Source: Candidatus Latescibacterota bacterium
GTDB lineage: Bacteria > Latescibacterota > UBA2968 > GCA-2709665
Assembly (NCBI GenBank): GCA_965219995.1
Contig: CBDCOX010000002.1
Location: forward strand, 896,001 to 960,000
Reading direction: 5' to 3'
DNA: 64,000 nt
Made by a program: the position numbers and the translations under genes. Of this stretch, positions 19,589 through 30,300 are shown one piece after another. Under the pieces are notes generated by a model. It made no database searches. It had not been told where the DNA came from and was given only the letters and a program-made list of their open reading frames with translations. Every line of letters starts with the position of its first letter. Position 1 is the stretch's first letter.

Positions 19589-22500
19589 ATGGAGACGGTT
19601 TATACCGTATTGTCGGTCGCCAGATACGAGCGCAAGATGCTGATGCGGACGATCCGATTCCGTATCCTGGGTGGAATCGGCGTGCTCATTCCCGTTGCTC
19701 TGGGCGTCGGCCTGGCGATCGCGGAATCCAGGGGCATCGCATTCGAGTCTGTCAGCGGCATCGGCGCCTATATGCCCTTTTTTGTCTACAGTCTGCTGCA
19801 GACCGTCGTGATCGCGTTTATCGTCGGTGATTTCCGCGCCTCGGACGAGCGCGCCGGAATCTACGAAGTGGTTGCCGCCCGGCCGCTTTCTACAGCCGAA
19901 CTGGTCATGGGCAAATACCTCGGGGTCCTGGGTGCGCTGATTACGCTGAGCCTTGTCGTGCTGGTGCTCAGCCTGGCGGTGCAGGCGGCCAAGATCAGCG
20001 TTACCGGCGCGCCGTTTGCGATCCGACCCTATCTGACGTACCTGCTGCTGCTGAACCTCCCCGGGCTGGTCTATATGTCCGCTCTTACGTTTTTCCTCGG
20101 GGCGGTATTTCGCCGGCAGGCTGCGGTGACCGTGCTGACCATCGCTTACGTCCTGATCGTCCTGCTGTTTCTTGGAAGTCGATACGGCGGCATCTACGAT
20201 TTCGGCGCATTCTTCGCCCCGGTGTTCTACTCGGATATGCTCGGCCTTGGCGATATCCGGAAGGTGGTGGAGATCCGGGTCTTCTACACGTTTCTCGCCC
20301 TGTTTTTCTTCGGTTTGTCTATCGACCGGTATCCACGGCTTCCGCAGTCCCGGGCCTGGCGCAGGTTCGGTCGATGCCTGACCGCCGGCGGTCTCGTCGC
20401 CGCGGTGTGCCTGTACGCGTATATGGTAGGGCGGGACTCGTCAGACCTCGACTACCGGATGGCGCAGCTGGAAGTTCAGGAAGGAATCGCCGGGCAGCCA
20501 ACGTCGGCTGTTACGCATTACGCGCTCGACCTGGACCTCGCGAATGACCGTACGCCGCTGCAGGGCAGGGCGGTTCTCAGCGTTTCGAACCCTCATCCCG
20601 TAACGCTCGACACGCTCGTTTTCAGTCTCAACCCCGGACTGGAATTGCGTTCGGTGAATGCAGTTGAGGAAAAGGGCGCTGAAATCAGTTGGCAGCGCGA
20701 GTATTCTGTCGTGAGAATCGCCCGTCCGCTCCAGCCCGACAGTCTGGCGACGTTGGAGTTCGTATACGACGGCTCGATCGACCTCAGCGGATTCGATCTG
20801 AGGCGTCAACCGGAAGCAAGACGTTTGCAGAAGCGGCGAACGGGGCCGGGACGGAAGGGGGACCTGACCGCCTGGATCCGCCGGAATTCCGTATTCCTGC
20901 CGCCACGCAGCAGGTGGTACCCCTCGCCGGGCGTGGACTACGGTCATCAGGAAGGCCGACCCCAATCCTTCGCCACCGCAGATCTGGATATTGCGCTTCC
21001 CGAAGGACTGGAAGTCGTGACCCAGGGTGTGCCGGTGGGCCGGAAGAAAGAGGGCGGCCGCGAGGTTCATACATGGAAAGTGGAACGCCCCGTACCCGTT
21101 CTCTCGCTCAACGCGGGCGTGTACCATGTTTTTCAGGCCGAAGTCCACAATATCCAATGCGCCATATACGTGCATCCGGCCCACGCCAGGCAGGTTACCT
21201 TCTTCCACGACGCCAGGGACGACGCATTGAATACGCTGGGCGAGATCCTGGATAGCGTTGAACAGGAAACCGGCCTGCCCTATCCGTACCAGCGCCTGTC
21301 GGTTGTGGAGGTGCCATTCCAGGTACAGTGGTATTACGACGGATGGGAGGAAGCCGGCGGATTGGTGCAGCCCGGCGTGCTGATGCTTGAAGAGGACGTC
21401 CTGATGCGGCTGAATCTGCAACGTCGTCTGAAGTGGATGCAGCGGCGACAGCGACGTAACGACGACCCGGGCAGAATCAAGCGGGACCTGCTGGTCAGGA
21501 CGGTGCTGAACACGTTCCTCGCGCGGGAATCGACTCAGAGCGGCATCTACAGGAGTCCGGTTGCGCAACTCTGGTCGTTCAACCGGGGATTCGAAGGCGA
21601 ACACTATTCCCTGCTCAAACGCGGCATGCCAGTCTATATGCAGCAGAATCTCGGGACCACACTGCAACAGAGCTTCTACTCGAGGCGAGGACGATTTCGA
21701 GGCCGGTTCCGGCGGAACAGGGGGGCGCGCGGCGTTTCCTGGGATACCGTAACGGCCAGGATGCGGCAGCGTTCTTTCGCGGAACTTGACCCGACTGCCG
21801 ACGCGGAACTCTACCGGGCGGTCGTCGACGCCAAGGGCGCCTCCATGTTCGGGATGATGCAGGCCGTGGTGGGTGAAGACGCATTCAGAGACGTGGTCAG
21901 CGGATTCGAGGAGGCGAGCCGGCACGCGGGCGTCGACTTTGCGTCGTTTGAGCGCGCGGCTGTTGGCGATTCGTCGAAGCAGGCGGATCGGCCCGGCCTG
22001 AATCGACTCGTCCGGGACTGGCTTCACGGCACCCAGGTCCCGGGCTACACCCTGACAAGGGCAAAAGCATATAAGGTGGACGACGGATGGGGCATGATGA
22101 CGTATCAGGTCATCGTGCGTATCCGGAACGGCGAGCCGGGGCGCGGATTTGTCCAGATTCGAGCCATGGGAACCGAAGACGAGGCGGTAAAGGGCGTTGA
22201 GATCGAGGGCGGGCAGGAAGTTGAGGTGGGGCTGATCCTCTGGGAACGGCCTTCGAGGATAAGCGTCGAGCCGTTCTTTGCCCGCAACCGCCGGGTCCTG
22301 ATGGCGCCGTTGCGCATACCCGAGCAGCCGATGGATGGATCCGCCACGACCTATGTGAGGGAGGTCGCTCCGGACGAGACCGGATTGACCGAGATAATTG
22401 TGGACAACGATGACGAAGGCTTCGAAATGCCAGTCCGCCGGGTGCGGCGTTATCTCCGGCCGCAGTTGAAAGGCGACAACTGGCAGGAACGCCAGATGCC

Positions 22501-22951
22501 ATTCTCGTTCGGCAGGTACGAAAACAACTACAGGTGGAAGAAACCGGGCGATGGCGCGCAGCCGGCCGTCTGGACGGCCCGATTGCCGCATGGCGGGGAT
22601 TACGACGTCTACTATTATTTCCTTCATCCCAGGTTCTCAAGGCGCATGCGTATGGCGTCGGAATTCAGTCTGGCCGTCAGTTACGGCGGCGAGGTGGATA
22701 CGCTGGCGGTCGAATCGAACAACCTGAAGGCCGGCTGGAACGTCCTGGGACGATACCGGTTCGAGGGCGGAGAACTGGCCCGGGTCGAGCTGTCCGACCG
22801 CGCCAACGGCCGCCTCTACGCCGACGCGGTGCGCTGGCGATACGTGGATCCCGACCATCCGGAAGAGGTGTACGAAGAGGATCTGCCGTCCTGGAATTTC
22901 GGTCGCGGCGGCGGCCGGGGCGGCGGATCGTCGCGTGGGAGAAGCTGGTAA
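19589..22951 (+). CDS. ABC-2 permease fused to an M1-aminopeptidase-like fold lacking HExxH and a C-terminal golvesin/xanthan-lyase-type CBM-like domain
   Basis: About 7 hydrophobic helices with RPLSTAELVMGKYLG; then HYALDLDL, LNPGL, WYP, GLPYPY, KGA..GEDAF (M1 scaffold); then IIVDNDD.GF...GWNVLGRYRF...ADAVRW. Confidence 0.75.
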   Translation: METVYTVLSVARYERKMLMRTIRFRILGGIGVLIPVALGVGLAIAESRGIAFESVSGIGAYMPFFVYSLLQTVVIAFIVGDFRASDERAGIYEVVAARPLSTAELVMGKYLGVLGALITLSLVVLVLSLAVQAAKISVTGAPFAIRPYLTYLLLLNLPGLVYMSALTFFLGAVFRRQAAVTVLTIAYVLIVLLFLGSRYGGIYDFGAFFAPVFYSDMLGLGDIRKVVEIRVFYTFLALFFFGLSIDRYPRLPQSRAWRRFGRCLTAGGLVAAVCLYAYMVGRDSSDLDYRMAQLEVQEGIAGQPTSAVTHYALDLDLANDRTPLQGRAVLSVSNPHPVTLDTLVFSLNPGLELRSVNAVEEKGAEISWQREYSVVRIARPLQPDSLATLEFVYDGSIDLSGFDLRRQPEARRLQKRRTGPGRKGDLTAWIRRNSVFLPPRSRWYPSPGVDYGHQEGRPQSFATADLDIALPEGLEVVTQGVPVGRKKEGGREVHTWKVERPVPVLSLNAGVYHVFQAEVHNIQCAIYVHPAHARQVTFFHDARDDALNTLGEILDSVEQETGLPYPYQRLSVVEVPFQVQWYYDGWEEAGGLVQPGVLMLEEDVLMRLNLQRRLKWMQRRQRRNDDPGRIKRDLLVRTVLNTFLARESTQSGIYRSPVAQLWSFNRGFEGEHYSLLKRGMPVYMQQNLGTTLQQSFYSRRGRFRGRFRRNRGARGVSWDTVTARMRQRSFAELDPTADAELYRAVVDAKGASMFGMMQAVVGEDAFRDVVSGFEEASRHAGVDFASFERAAVGDSSKQADRPGLNRLVRDWLHGTQVPGYTLTRAKAYKVDDGWGMMTYQVIVRIRNGEPGRGFVQIRAMGTEDEAVKGVEIEGGQEVEVGLILWERPSRISVEPFFARNRRVLMAPLRIPEQPMDGSATTYVREVAPDETGLTEIIVDNDDEGFEMPVRRVRRYLRPQLKGDNWQERQMPFSFGRYENNYRWKKPGDGAQPAVWTARLPHGGDYDVYYYFLHPRFSRRMRMASEFSLAVSYGGEVDTLAVESNNLKAGWNVLGRYRFEGGELARVELSDRANGRLYADAVRWRYVDPDHPEEVYEEDLPSWNFGRGGGRGGGSSRGRSW

Positions 22952-22995
22952 ACCATCGGACAACGTCAGGCGATAACCCTTTTGCGAGGTGCAAT

Positions 22996-24072
22996 TTGAA
23001 CAGGCGATTCCTGAACGATTCCTGCATTGCATTCACGGCTGTTGTCGTTATGGCCGGCTGCGGCGGGCAAACCGAGCAGCGGTCCGTGGACCTGACCGTC
23101 CCCGTCACCGTCCAGGCCGTTCGCCTGGACACCATGGAGGCGACGGTGGCGGCCACCGGTACGCTCCGGCCCTCCCGGGAGGCCCGTATACAGACCGAGG
23201 TCGAGGGTATACTTCAATATGTCGCGCGGGGCGTCGGCGGACGACCGAACGAAGGAATGCGGGTCACCCGGAACCAGGAGATTGCCCGGCTTGTGAACAA
23301 GGAGCTGGTCGTGAACGCGCGCCTGGAATCCCGGCAACTCGCGCGCGCCACCGCGAAACGAACGCTGCGCGAGCAGGAGGTACTCGTTGAACGAAGACTG
23401 GGCACGGAGAGAGACCTGGACGAAGCCCGCCGCGCCCTCGCCGAGGCCGAATCCAATTACGAAGACGCGCTCGTTCAAATCGCCAAGACGACGATCCGGA
23501 CGCCAATCAGCGGTTTTCTGACGGGTTTGGCCGACATTACCGAGGGTACGCTGGTGGAAGCCCGAACGACCATCGCTACCGTGATGGATTACAGGCAGGT
23601 GCTCGTCGATCTGAAGATTCCGAACGCCTATATCGCATCCGTTTCACCCGGCCAGGTCGTGCGAGTGGAAAACTATGCATTGCCCGGAAGGCGGTTTCTG
23701 GGAACCATCAAGGTGGTTGATCCGGCCATCGATCCGACCACGCGTACCTTCCGGGTCGTTGGGGTCGTGAAGAATCCGAACCTGATGTTGCGACCGGGCA
23801 TGTTTGTGAAAGCCGAGATTGTCACGGAGTCACACGAAGACGCGGTGGTGATCCCTCGCCGCTTTGTCCTGACCCGCCAGAATCGCAAAGTGGTGTTCGT
23901 GGAAGAGGAGGGGAGGGCGCAGATGCGCGACGTGGAACTGGGGCTGGAGGGCCCAGAACAGGTCGAGATTCTGGAAGGGCTTGAAGCGGGCGAGCGCCTC
24001 ATTACCAGCAATTACGAGACGCTGCGCCCCCGTACCCGCGTGCGTGTTACCGGCGTGGGCTTGCAGCAATAA
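22996..24072 (+). CDS. RND periplasmic adaptor (membrane fusion protein), lipoprotein
   Basis: GAGG RBS, TTG start, lipobox MAG-C; IRTPISG, IDPTTRTF, LRPGMFV, GLEAGERLI. Confidence 0.9.
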   Translation: MNRRFLNDSCIAFTAVVVMAGCGGQTEQRSVDLTVPVTVQAVRLDTMEATVAATGTLRPSREARIQTEVEGILQYVARGVGGRPNEGMRVTRNQEIARLVNKELVVNARLESRQLARATAKRTLREQEVLVERRLGTERDLDEARRALAEAESNYEDALVQIAKTTIRTPISGFLTGLADITEGTLVEARTTIATVMDYRQVLVDLKIPNAYIASVSPGQVVRVENYALPGRRFLGTIKVVDPAIDPTTRTFRVVGVVKNPNLMLRPGMFVKAEIVTESHEDAVVIPRRFVLTRQNRKVVFVEEEGRAQMRDVELGLEGPEQVEILEGLEAGERLITSNYETLRPRTRVRVTGVGLQQ

Positions 24073-24303
24073 ATGCGAAGACCGTGCGACTGTCGCCGCG
24101 AGCGCCCGTCGCAATTCCCTGGAAACTGTTCGCCGCAGGCGAAACATCATCCGAATTGATCTGGTGAGTTGTCGTTTGGACCCCTCTGGGGCCCAGGGAC
24201 TGCGTGTGGGCCTTCCGGAGGGTTTTTTTGATCTTGATCCGTCACTTCTCGGGGACGTCAATTCGAGTATGTGCAAGCGGATCTCATTCAAAGGGCCGAT
24301 ACA

Positions 24304-27300
24304 ATGCCATTGCCCGAATTTTCGACGAAATACCCGGTAACGGTTGCCATGGCAACGCTGGCCGTCGCGCTCCTGGGCTGGATTTCGCTGGAGCGGCTGG
24401 AAGTGGACCTGTTGCCCGACCTGCGTTCTCCCGTGGTTACCGTGGACCTGCGATTTCCGGGCAAAACCCCCATGGAGATGGAGGAACGATATGCGCGTCG
24501 GCTGGAAGGGGATATCGGCACGGTACGCCACGTCAAACGCGTACATTCCGTGTCCCGTTCCGGGCAGGCCGTGGTGATCGCGGAATTCGAATGGGATGCG
24601 GACATGGATTTCGCCCTGCTCGACGTGCAGAAGAAGGTGGCGCGGTACGCTTCGGATCCCGATATCACGAGTCTGGACGTCACACAGGAAGACCCCCAGG
24701 CGTTGCCGGTGATGCGCCTGGCCGTCTCCGGAGCGGACTGGCAGGATCCGGATGAATTGCTGGGCAACGCGGAAACCGTCATCCGGCCCAAACTCGAGGG
24801 GTTGTCCGGGGTGGCTTCGGTGGAAATCGAGGGAGGCGCCGAGAAAGAAATCCGGATCACACTGGATTCCTATCTCCTTCAAGCATTCGGCGTCAACTCG
24901 GAGACGGTCGTCTCACGGATACGCGAGGCCAATTCGGACGTCTCCGGCGGAACGTTGAAAGACGGACAACGTTCCTATCTGGTAAAAGGCCTGGGACGTC
25001 TGACCGACTTGACAGACGTGAACAACCTGGTTGTGGGTGAGCGCGGGGGCGAATCTGCGACTGGCGAGAACGACGCCTCGACCCAGCGCGTGCCTGTCAC
25101 GGTGAGCGACGTGGGTACCGTCGGCCTGCTTTATAAGGAGAGGGAAACCATCGTGCGCCTCGACGGCTTCGAGTGCGTCGGACTCTCCGTTTACAAGGAA
25201 GCCGGCGCGAATACCTCGTCGGTGGTCAAGGGGGTTCTCCGGGAACTGGAAAGCCTCGAGGCCGATCTGACCGGCATCCGGTTTACGGTGGTGGAGAACC
25301 AGGCCCGTTTCGTCGAACGCGCGGTGAGTGAAGTGGAAGAGGCGGCCGTTCTTGGCGCGCTGCTTGCGGTGGGCGTGCTTCTGGCCGCGCTCCGGCAGTG
25401 GACCGCCACGCTGGTGATCGGACTTGCCATTCCGATTTCCGTTCTGGCCACGTTCACGCTGATGTATTTCCAGGGGCTGACGCTGAACATCATGACCCTC
25501 GGCGGCCTGGCGCTGGGCGCCGGCATGCTGGTGGACAACGCCATTGTCGTGATTGAGAACATCTACCGGCACCTCGAGAGGGGAGAAACGGCCGCAGAAG
25601 CCTCCGTCAGGGGCGCGAGTGAGGTCGGGGTCGCGATTCTGGCGTCCACGCTGACCACGGTGTCCGTATTTCTGCCCATTGTCTACCTTCACGGGTTGGC
25701 CGGTGAACTCTTCAGGGAACAGGCCTGGACGGTTGCGTTCTCACTGGTTTCGTCTCTCGCGGTGGCGATGACCGTGGTACCCATGCTGACCGCCCGGCTT
25801 TTCAGGCGGTATCCTCGACGATCCGCAGGGATCGCGGGAGCACGGTCCTTCAGGCGCTTTCTGGGCCGGTCGCTCAACCATAAGGGCCGCACGATGGCGG
25901 TGCTCGCGGCCTGCCTTCTGGCTGCCTTCCATATGGCCCGGTCCATCCATACTTCTTTTATTCCCACGGAAGACGAGGGTGTCCTTCACGTGGACCTCGC
26001 GCTGCCGGAGGGCACAAGACTTGAGTCGACAGACAGGGTGGCGAGGCGCGTTGCCGCCATTACGCAGGCGGTTGCCAGAGAGGAAGCGCGGCACATCTAC
26101 CTGCGCGTGGGAACCGATCCGAACCGGTTTACCGCCGTGGGAGAACCTACGGGCCCGAACAGAGCCGAGCTGACGGTCGTGCTGAGCCGACAGGCGGACC
26201 GTCGCGGCGTCTCCGAACTCACCACGGTTCTGGATGCAGCCCTCCTGGAAGTCCCGGACGTTAAGGTTAATTATCGGCTTCAAAAGGCTGCATTGGAAGG
26301 ACTTATACGAGGTGCAACGGCGCCGGTCCAGGTCGAGGTCAGCGGCGAGAACCTGGAACTGCTTCAGGAACTGACCGCAGATCTGAAACGGCGCATGGAC
26401 GCGTTGTCCACGGTATACAACGTGCGGAGCAGCTTCCAGGACGGTCAGCCCGAGGTGGACGTTGTGCTGCGGCCCGACATCACAGCGGCGTTCGGGCTGA
26501 CCTCGCAGAATCTCGTGCGAGAGCTGGAGCGCAGGCTCGGCGGCGAGGAAGCCGGAGAACTCTCCAAGGACCAGCGGGCGCGAACGATCCGGGTGGGTTT
26601 CGAGGACGTGGACCTTCGGGAGCTGCAACACGCGAGAATCGACGGTCCCGACGGGGCGATGCTCACGCTGGGAGATCTCGCCGACCTTCGGGTCGTACAG
26701 GGCCCCAGGGAAATCCTGCGGGACGGGCAGCGCAGGGTGGGGCGGGTGTCCGCGTTCCTCACCGACGGGGTGGTCTTGAGCCAGGCGGCAACGCAGATCA
26801 GGCAGGCGGTGAGACAGATGGCCATCCCGCACGGATACCAGGTGACCATAACCGGCGAGGAACGGGAGCGGGCCGAATCATTCGGCGGCCTGCAATTCGC
26901 CCTTCTGCTTTCGGTGGTGCTCGTCTATATGGTCATGGCTTCGCTCTTCGAGTCTCTGCTCCATCCGTTTACCGTCATGCTGACGGTGCCGCTGGCGGGC
27001 ATTGGCGTGGTGGTCGCATTCTGGAGCCTGGGAGAAGCGTTCGGCGTGATGGCGTTCATCGGCGCGATCATGCTGGGAGGTATCGCCGTCAACGACGCCA
27101 TCATTCTGGTGGACCACATCAACCAGTTGCGGCGCGAGACGGACGACGTGCGACAGGCCGTACTCCAGGCCGCGCAGGATCGGCTGCGTCCAATCCTGAT
27201 GACCAGCGCCACGACCATTCTGGCGCTGTTGCCGATGGCGGTGGGCGTCGGCGAGGGAGCGCGCCTCCGGGCCCCGATGGCGGTGGCCGTTATCGGCGGT

Positions 27301-27387
27301 CTGGTCACATCCACATTGATGACCCTTGTGGTGATTCCCGTCGTTTACGAACTGATCGAAGGGCTCAGAAGGAGGAGGGCGGCGTGA
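24304..27387 (+). CDS. RND efflux permease (AcrB/HAE1-like)
   Basis: AIPIS, LNIMTLGGLALGAGMLVDNAIVVIENI, FES..HPF, GIAVNDAIILVD, RLRPILMT. Confidence 0.95.
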   Translation: MPLPEFSTKYPVTVAMATLAVALLGWISLERLEVDLLPDLRSPVVTVDLRFPGKTPMEMEERYARRLEGDIGTVRHVKRVHSVSRSGQAVVIAEFEWDADMDFALLDVQKKVARYASDPDITSLDVTQEDPQALPVMRLAVSGADWQDPDELLGNAETVIRPKLEGLSGVASVEIEGGAEKEIRITLDSYLLQAFGVNSETVVSRIREANSDVSGGTLKDGQRSYLVKGLGRLTDLTDVNNLVVGERGGESATGENDASTQRVPVTVSDVGTVGLLYKERETIVRLDGFECVGLSVYKEAGANTSSVVKGVLRELESLEADLTGIRFTVVENQARFVERAVSEVEEAAVLGALLAVGVLLAALRQWTATLVIGLAIPISVLATFTLMYFQGLTLNIMTLGGLALGAGMLVDNAIVVIENIYRHLERGETAAEASVRGASEVGVAILASTLTTVSVFLPIVYLHGLAGELFREQAWTVAFSLVSSLAVAMTVVPMLTARLFRRYPRRSAGIAGARSFRRFLGRSLNHKGRTMAVLAACLLAAFHMARSIHTSFIPTEDEGVLHVDLALPEGTRLESTDRVARRVAAITQAVAREEARHIYLRVGTDPNRFTAVGEPTGPNRAELTVVLSRQADRRGVSELTTVLDAALLEVPDVKVNYRLQKAALEGLIRGATAPVQVEVSGENLELLQELTADLKRRMDALSTVYNVRSSFQDGQPEVDVVLRPDITAAFGLTSQNLVRELERRLGGEEAGELSKDQRARTIRVGFEDVDLRELQHARIDGPDGAMLTLGDLADLRVVQGPREILRDGQRRVGRVSAFLTDGVVLSQAATQIRQAVRQMAIPHGYQVTITGEERERAESFGGLQFALLLSVVLVYMVMASLFESLLHPFTVMLTVPLAGIGVVVAFWSLGEAFGVMAFIGAIMLGGIAVNDAIILVDHINQLRRETDDVRQAVLQAAQDRLRPILMTSATTILALLPMAVGVGEGARLRAPMAVAVIGGLVTSTLMTLVVIPVVYELIEGLRRRRAA

Positions 27388-30300
27388 TTCTCCCCGATCT
27401 TGCGGTCCGGCGCCCTGTAACGACGTCGATGTTCTTCGCCGCATTCGCCATATTGGGAATCGTGTCGTGGACTCGGCTTCCGGTACAGCTCTTTCCGGAG
27501 CTGATCTTTCCGGAGGTGTTCGTCACGCTGTCGCTGCAGGGGGCCTCTCCTGAACAGGTGGAACGAGATCTTCTGATTCCCGTTGAAGGGGAGATCGGCA
27601 AGCTGGACGGCGTCCAGGAGATGGAGTCGTTCGCGATGGCCAACAGGGGGGGTATTCGTATATCCTACGCGCCCGACGTGGATATGAAATTCGCCCTTCT
27701 TCAACTGCAGAGCAACCTGAACAGATTGCAGCCGACGCTGCCCGAACGTACTCAGTCCGACGTCAGGAGGTTCGATTCGACGGATCTCAGCAGCAGCATT
27801 ATGGAGCTTCACGTGCTCGCCGACTGGGACCTGAACCCGTTGCGGGAGTTCACGGAGGAGAAAATCCGGCCCAAGCTGGAGTCTGTCGACGGTGTCGTCA
27901 ATGTGTCCGTATTGGGCGGACGGCGCAGCGCCGTGGAAATCGTCCTGGATCCGTTCCTGCTGGAGGCGCATGGCCTTTCGACGGGACAGGTTCGGGCACG
28001 CCTGAACAGCTATAACCGGCGGCGTGAGTACCTGGGGCGTGTATACGAAGGGAATCGGGCCTATTCGGTGAGCATTCAGGGGCAGTTTACGGACCTGCGT
28101 CAGATTCGCGATCTCGTCCTGAACGCGGACGGCACGCTCAGGCTGGGCGACGTTTCCCGGGTGGGATTCGGACTCCAGGATCAGGCCGATCGTCACAGAG
28201 TCAATGGAAGACCGTCGGTGGGCGTCCGGATCCAGAAGGACGACGAAGCAAATCTGATCGAGGTTGCCGCGGCGGTCGAAGCCGCCATCGGCCGTCTGAA
28301 TCGGGACTTCGCGAGCGAGGGTGTGGAACTGGGCGTGAGTTCCTCACAGGCGGATCTGATGACCGGAGCGCTTTCCACCCTGAAGCAGGCGGCCATTGCC
28401 GGCGCCGTGCTCGGACTGATCGTGCTCTTTCTGTTTCTTCGGAACCTTCGCTTCGTCTCGGTCCTCCTGCTTGCCATTCCGATTTCTCTCCTGATGACCT
28501 TCAATCTGATGTACCTCGGCGGACTGTCCGTCAACGTGCTGTCTCTGTGCGGTCTCGCCCTGGCGATGGGCATGCTTGCTGACAACGGCATCGTGGTGAT
28601 GGAGAACATCTTCAAACACTACGAGCGTGGCAAGTCGCCCGCCGACGCGGCACGGGACGGGGCGGCCGAGGTCGGGCGGGCCGTGGTTGCGGCAACCGCA
28701 ACCACCGTAACCGCTTTCCTGCCGGTTCTGTTCATCGAGAGCGACGCGCGGGACCTGCTGCGGGAACTCGCGTTGTCCATGGCGTTTCCGCTGCTGGCGT
28801 CACTGCTGGTGGCCCTGACGCTGGTTCCGGCCCTCGCCGTACGGGCGCTGAGCCGCGGGGTCCGGCAGCCGCCCGACGTTCGCGGGTTGCTCGAGCGGTA
28901 TACGCTGCTGCTGAAGACTGCGCTGCGTCACCGCGCATCGGTGGTCCTGTCCGCAGGGGTGGCGCTCGCGCTGACACTCGTGCTGGCGTTCTTCTACCTG
29001 CTGCAACAGCAGGTGCGCAGGGAGGAGACACGTTTTACGGTCTACGTGAACCTTCCGGAAGGGGCCACGCTGGACGCGACGGACGAGGTCGTGAAACAGG
29101 TGGAAGCGTCCGTACGGGATGTGCCCGGTCTGGACCGGTTTACGACGTCGGTCCGTGAGGCGGAAGCCGACGTGAACGTATTGCTTGACAGACGTTCTGA
29201 CCGGCCAGGCGGCATCTCGCTGGATGAAATCAAAGAGCAACTCGACGACAAACTGCAGAATGTACAGGGAGGTGTTGTCGGATACGAACCCAGGCCCCGT
29301 GCGGGGAGGGGCGGCCGCGGGCAGGGGATCGGTCAACGTCGGAGACGCAGTTCAGGTGGATTCGATCTGACCGGGGCCACGCCGAACGAGCAGGTTGTGG
29401 TTCGAGGGTACGACTTTACGATACTGACGATGATTGCCAATGACCTGGTTTACCGCCTCGAAGAACTGGAGGAGGTGGATGCCAACAGTGTGCGCGCCGA
29501 CGCCGAACGGAGTTCGCCCGAGGTGCAGGTGATACCCGATGCGGCCGCCCTGTTCGACCGGCGACTTGGCGCACAGGAAGTGCTCGCCGCCATGGGTGAC
29601 ACCCGTTGGGACGGGTTTCGCACAACGGTCCCGTTCCTGCTGCCCGATGCAACCGAGGTACCCATCGAAGTGCGTACGATCGAAGAGGAGGAACGCGACC
29701 GGTACGGGCTGGCTGAGTTCAGGCGTTCACGCATTCTGAACCGGGACGGGCATTTCGTACCGCTTTCCGAAGTGGCGAGGGTCCGGACGGATGAGGGACG
29801 GAGCAGCCTGTTGCGGACCGACCAGACCCGTCGGATTGTGGTTTCCTACCGGTTTCCTTCGGAGATTCTGGATTCCCAGCCGCGTTTGGATCTTGCGAGA
29901 CGGGTCGTGCGAACAACGCTGCAGGACATGGTTCTGCCGGAGGGGTATTCGATCGAAATCATCGAGGCGCACGAGGAGATGATCTACTATTGGATGATGG
30001 CGATCGCCGCGGTCCTCATCTATATGATTCTGGCGTCGTTGTTTGAATCTTTCGCCTCTCCGGTCATCATTCTGTGTACGCTGCCGCCCGCGGCCATCGG
30101 CTCCTGCTGGGCGCTGATGATGTCGGGCACGGGCCTCAGCCAGCAGGAGGGTCCCATGGCGCTTCTGGGCTTTATCGTCCTGCTGGGCATTGCGGTAAAC
30201 AACGGAATCATCCTGATCGACGCGGTCGGCGTGCTCAGGACCCGATTCGGCTTTCGCCGGGAACGCGCGGTGCTGACCGCGGCGCGGTCGCGTGTTCGAC

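Noticed and set aside
24073-24303. ncRNA or terminator within the transporter operon
   Set aside because: Only a weak G-U-rich stem before the T-run at 24223; insufficient support
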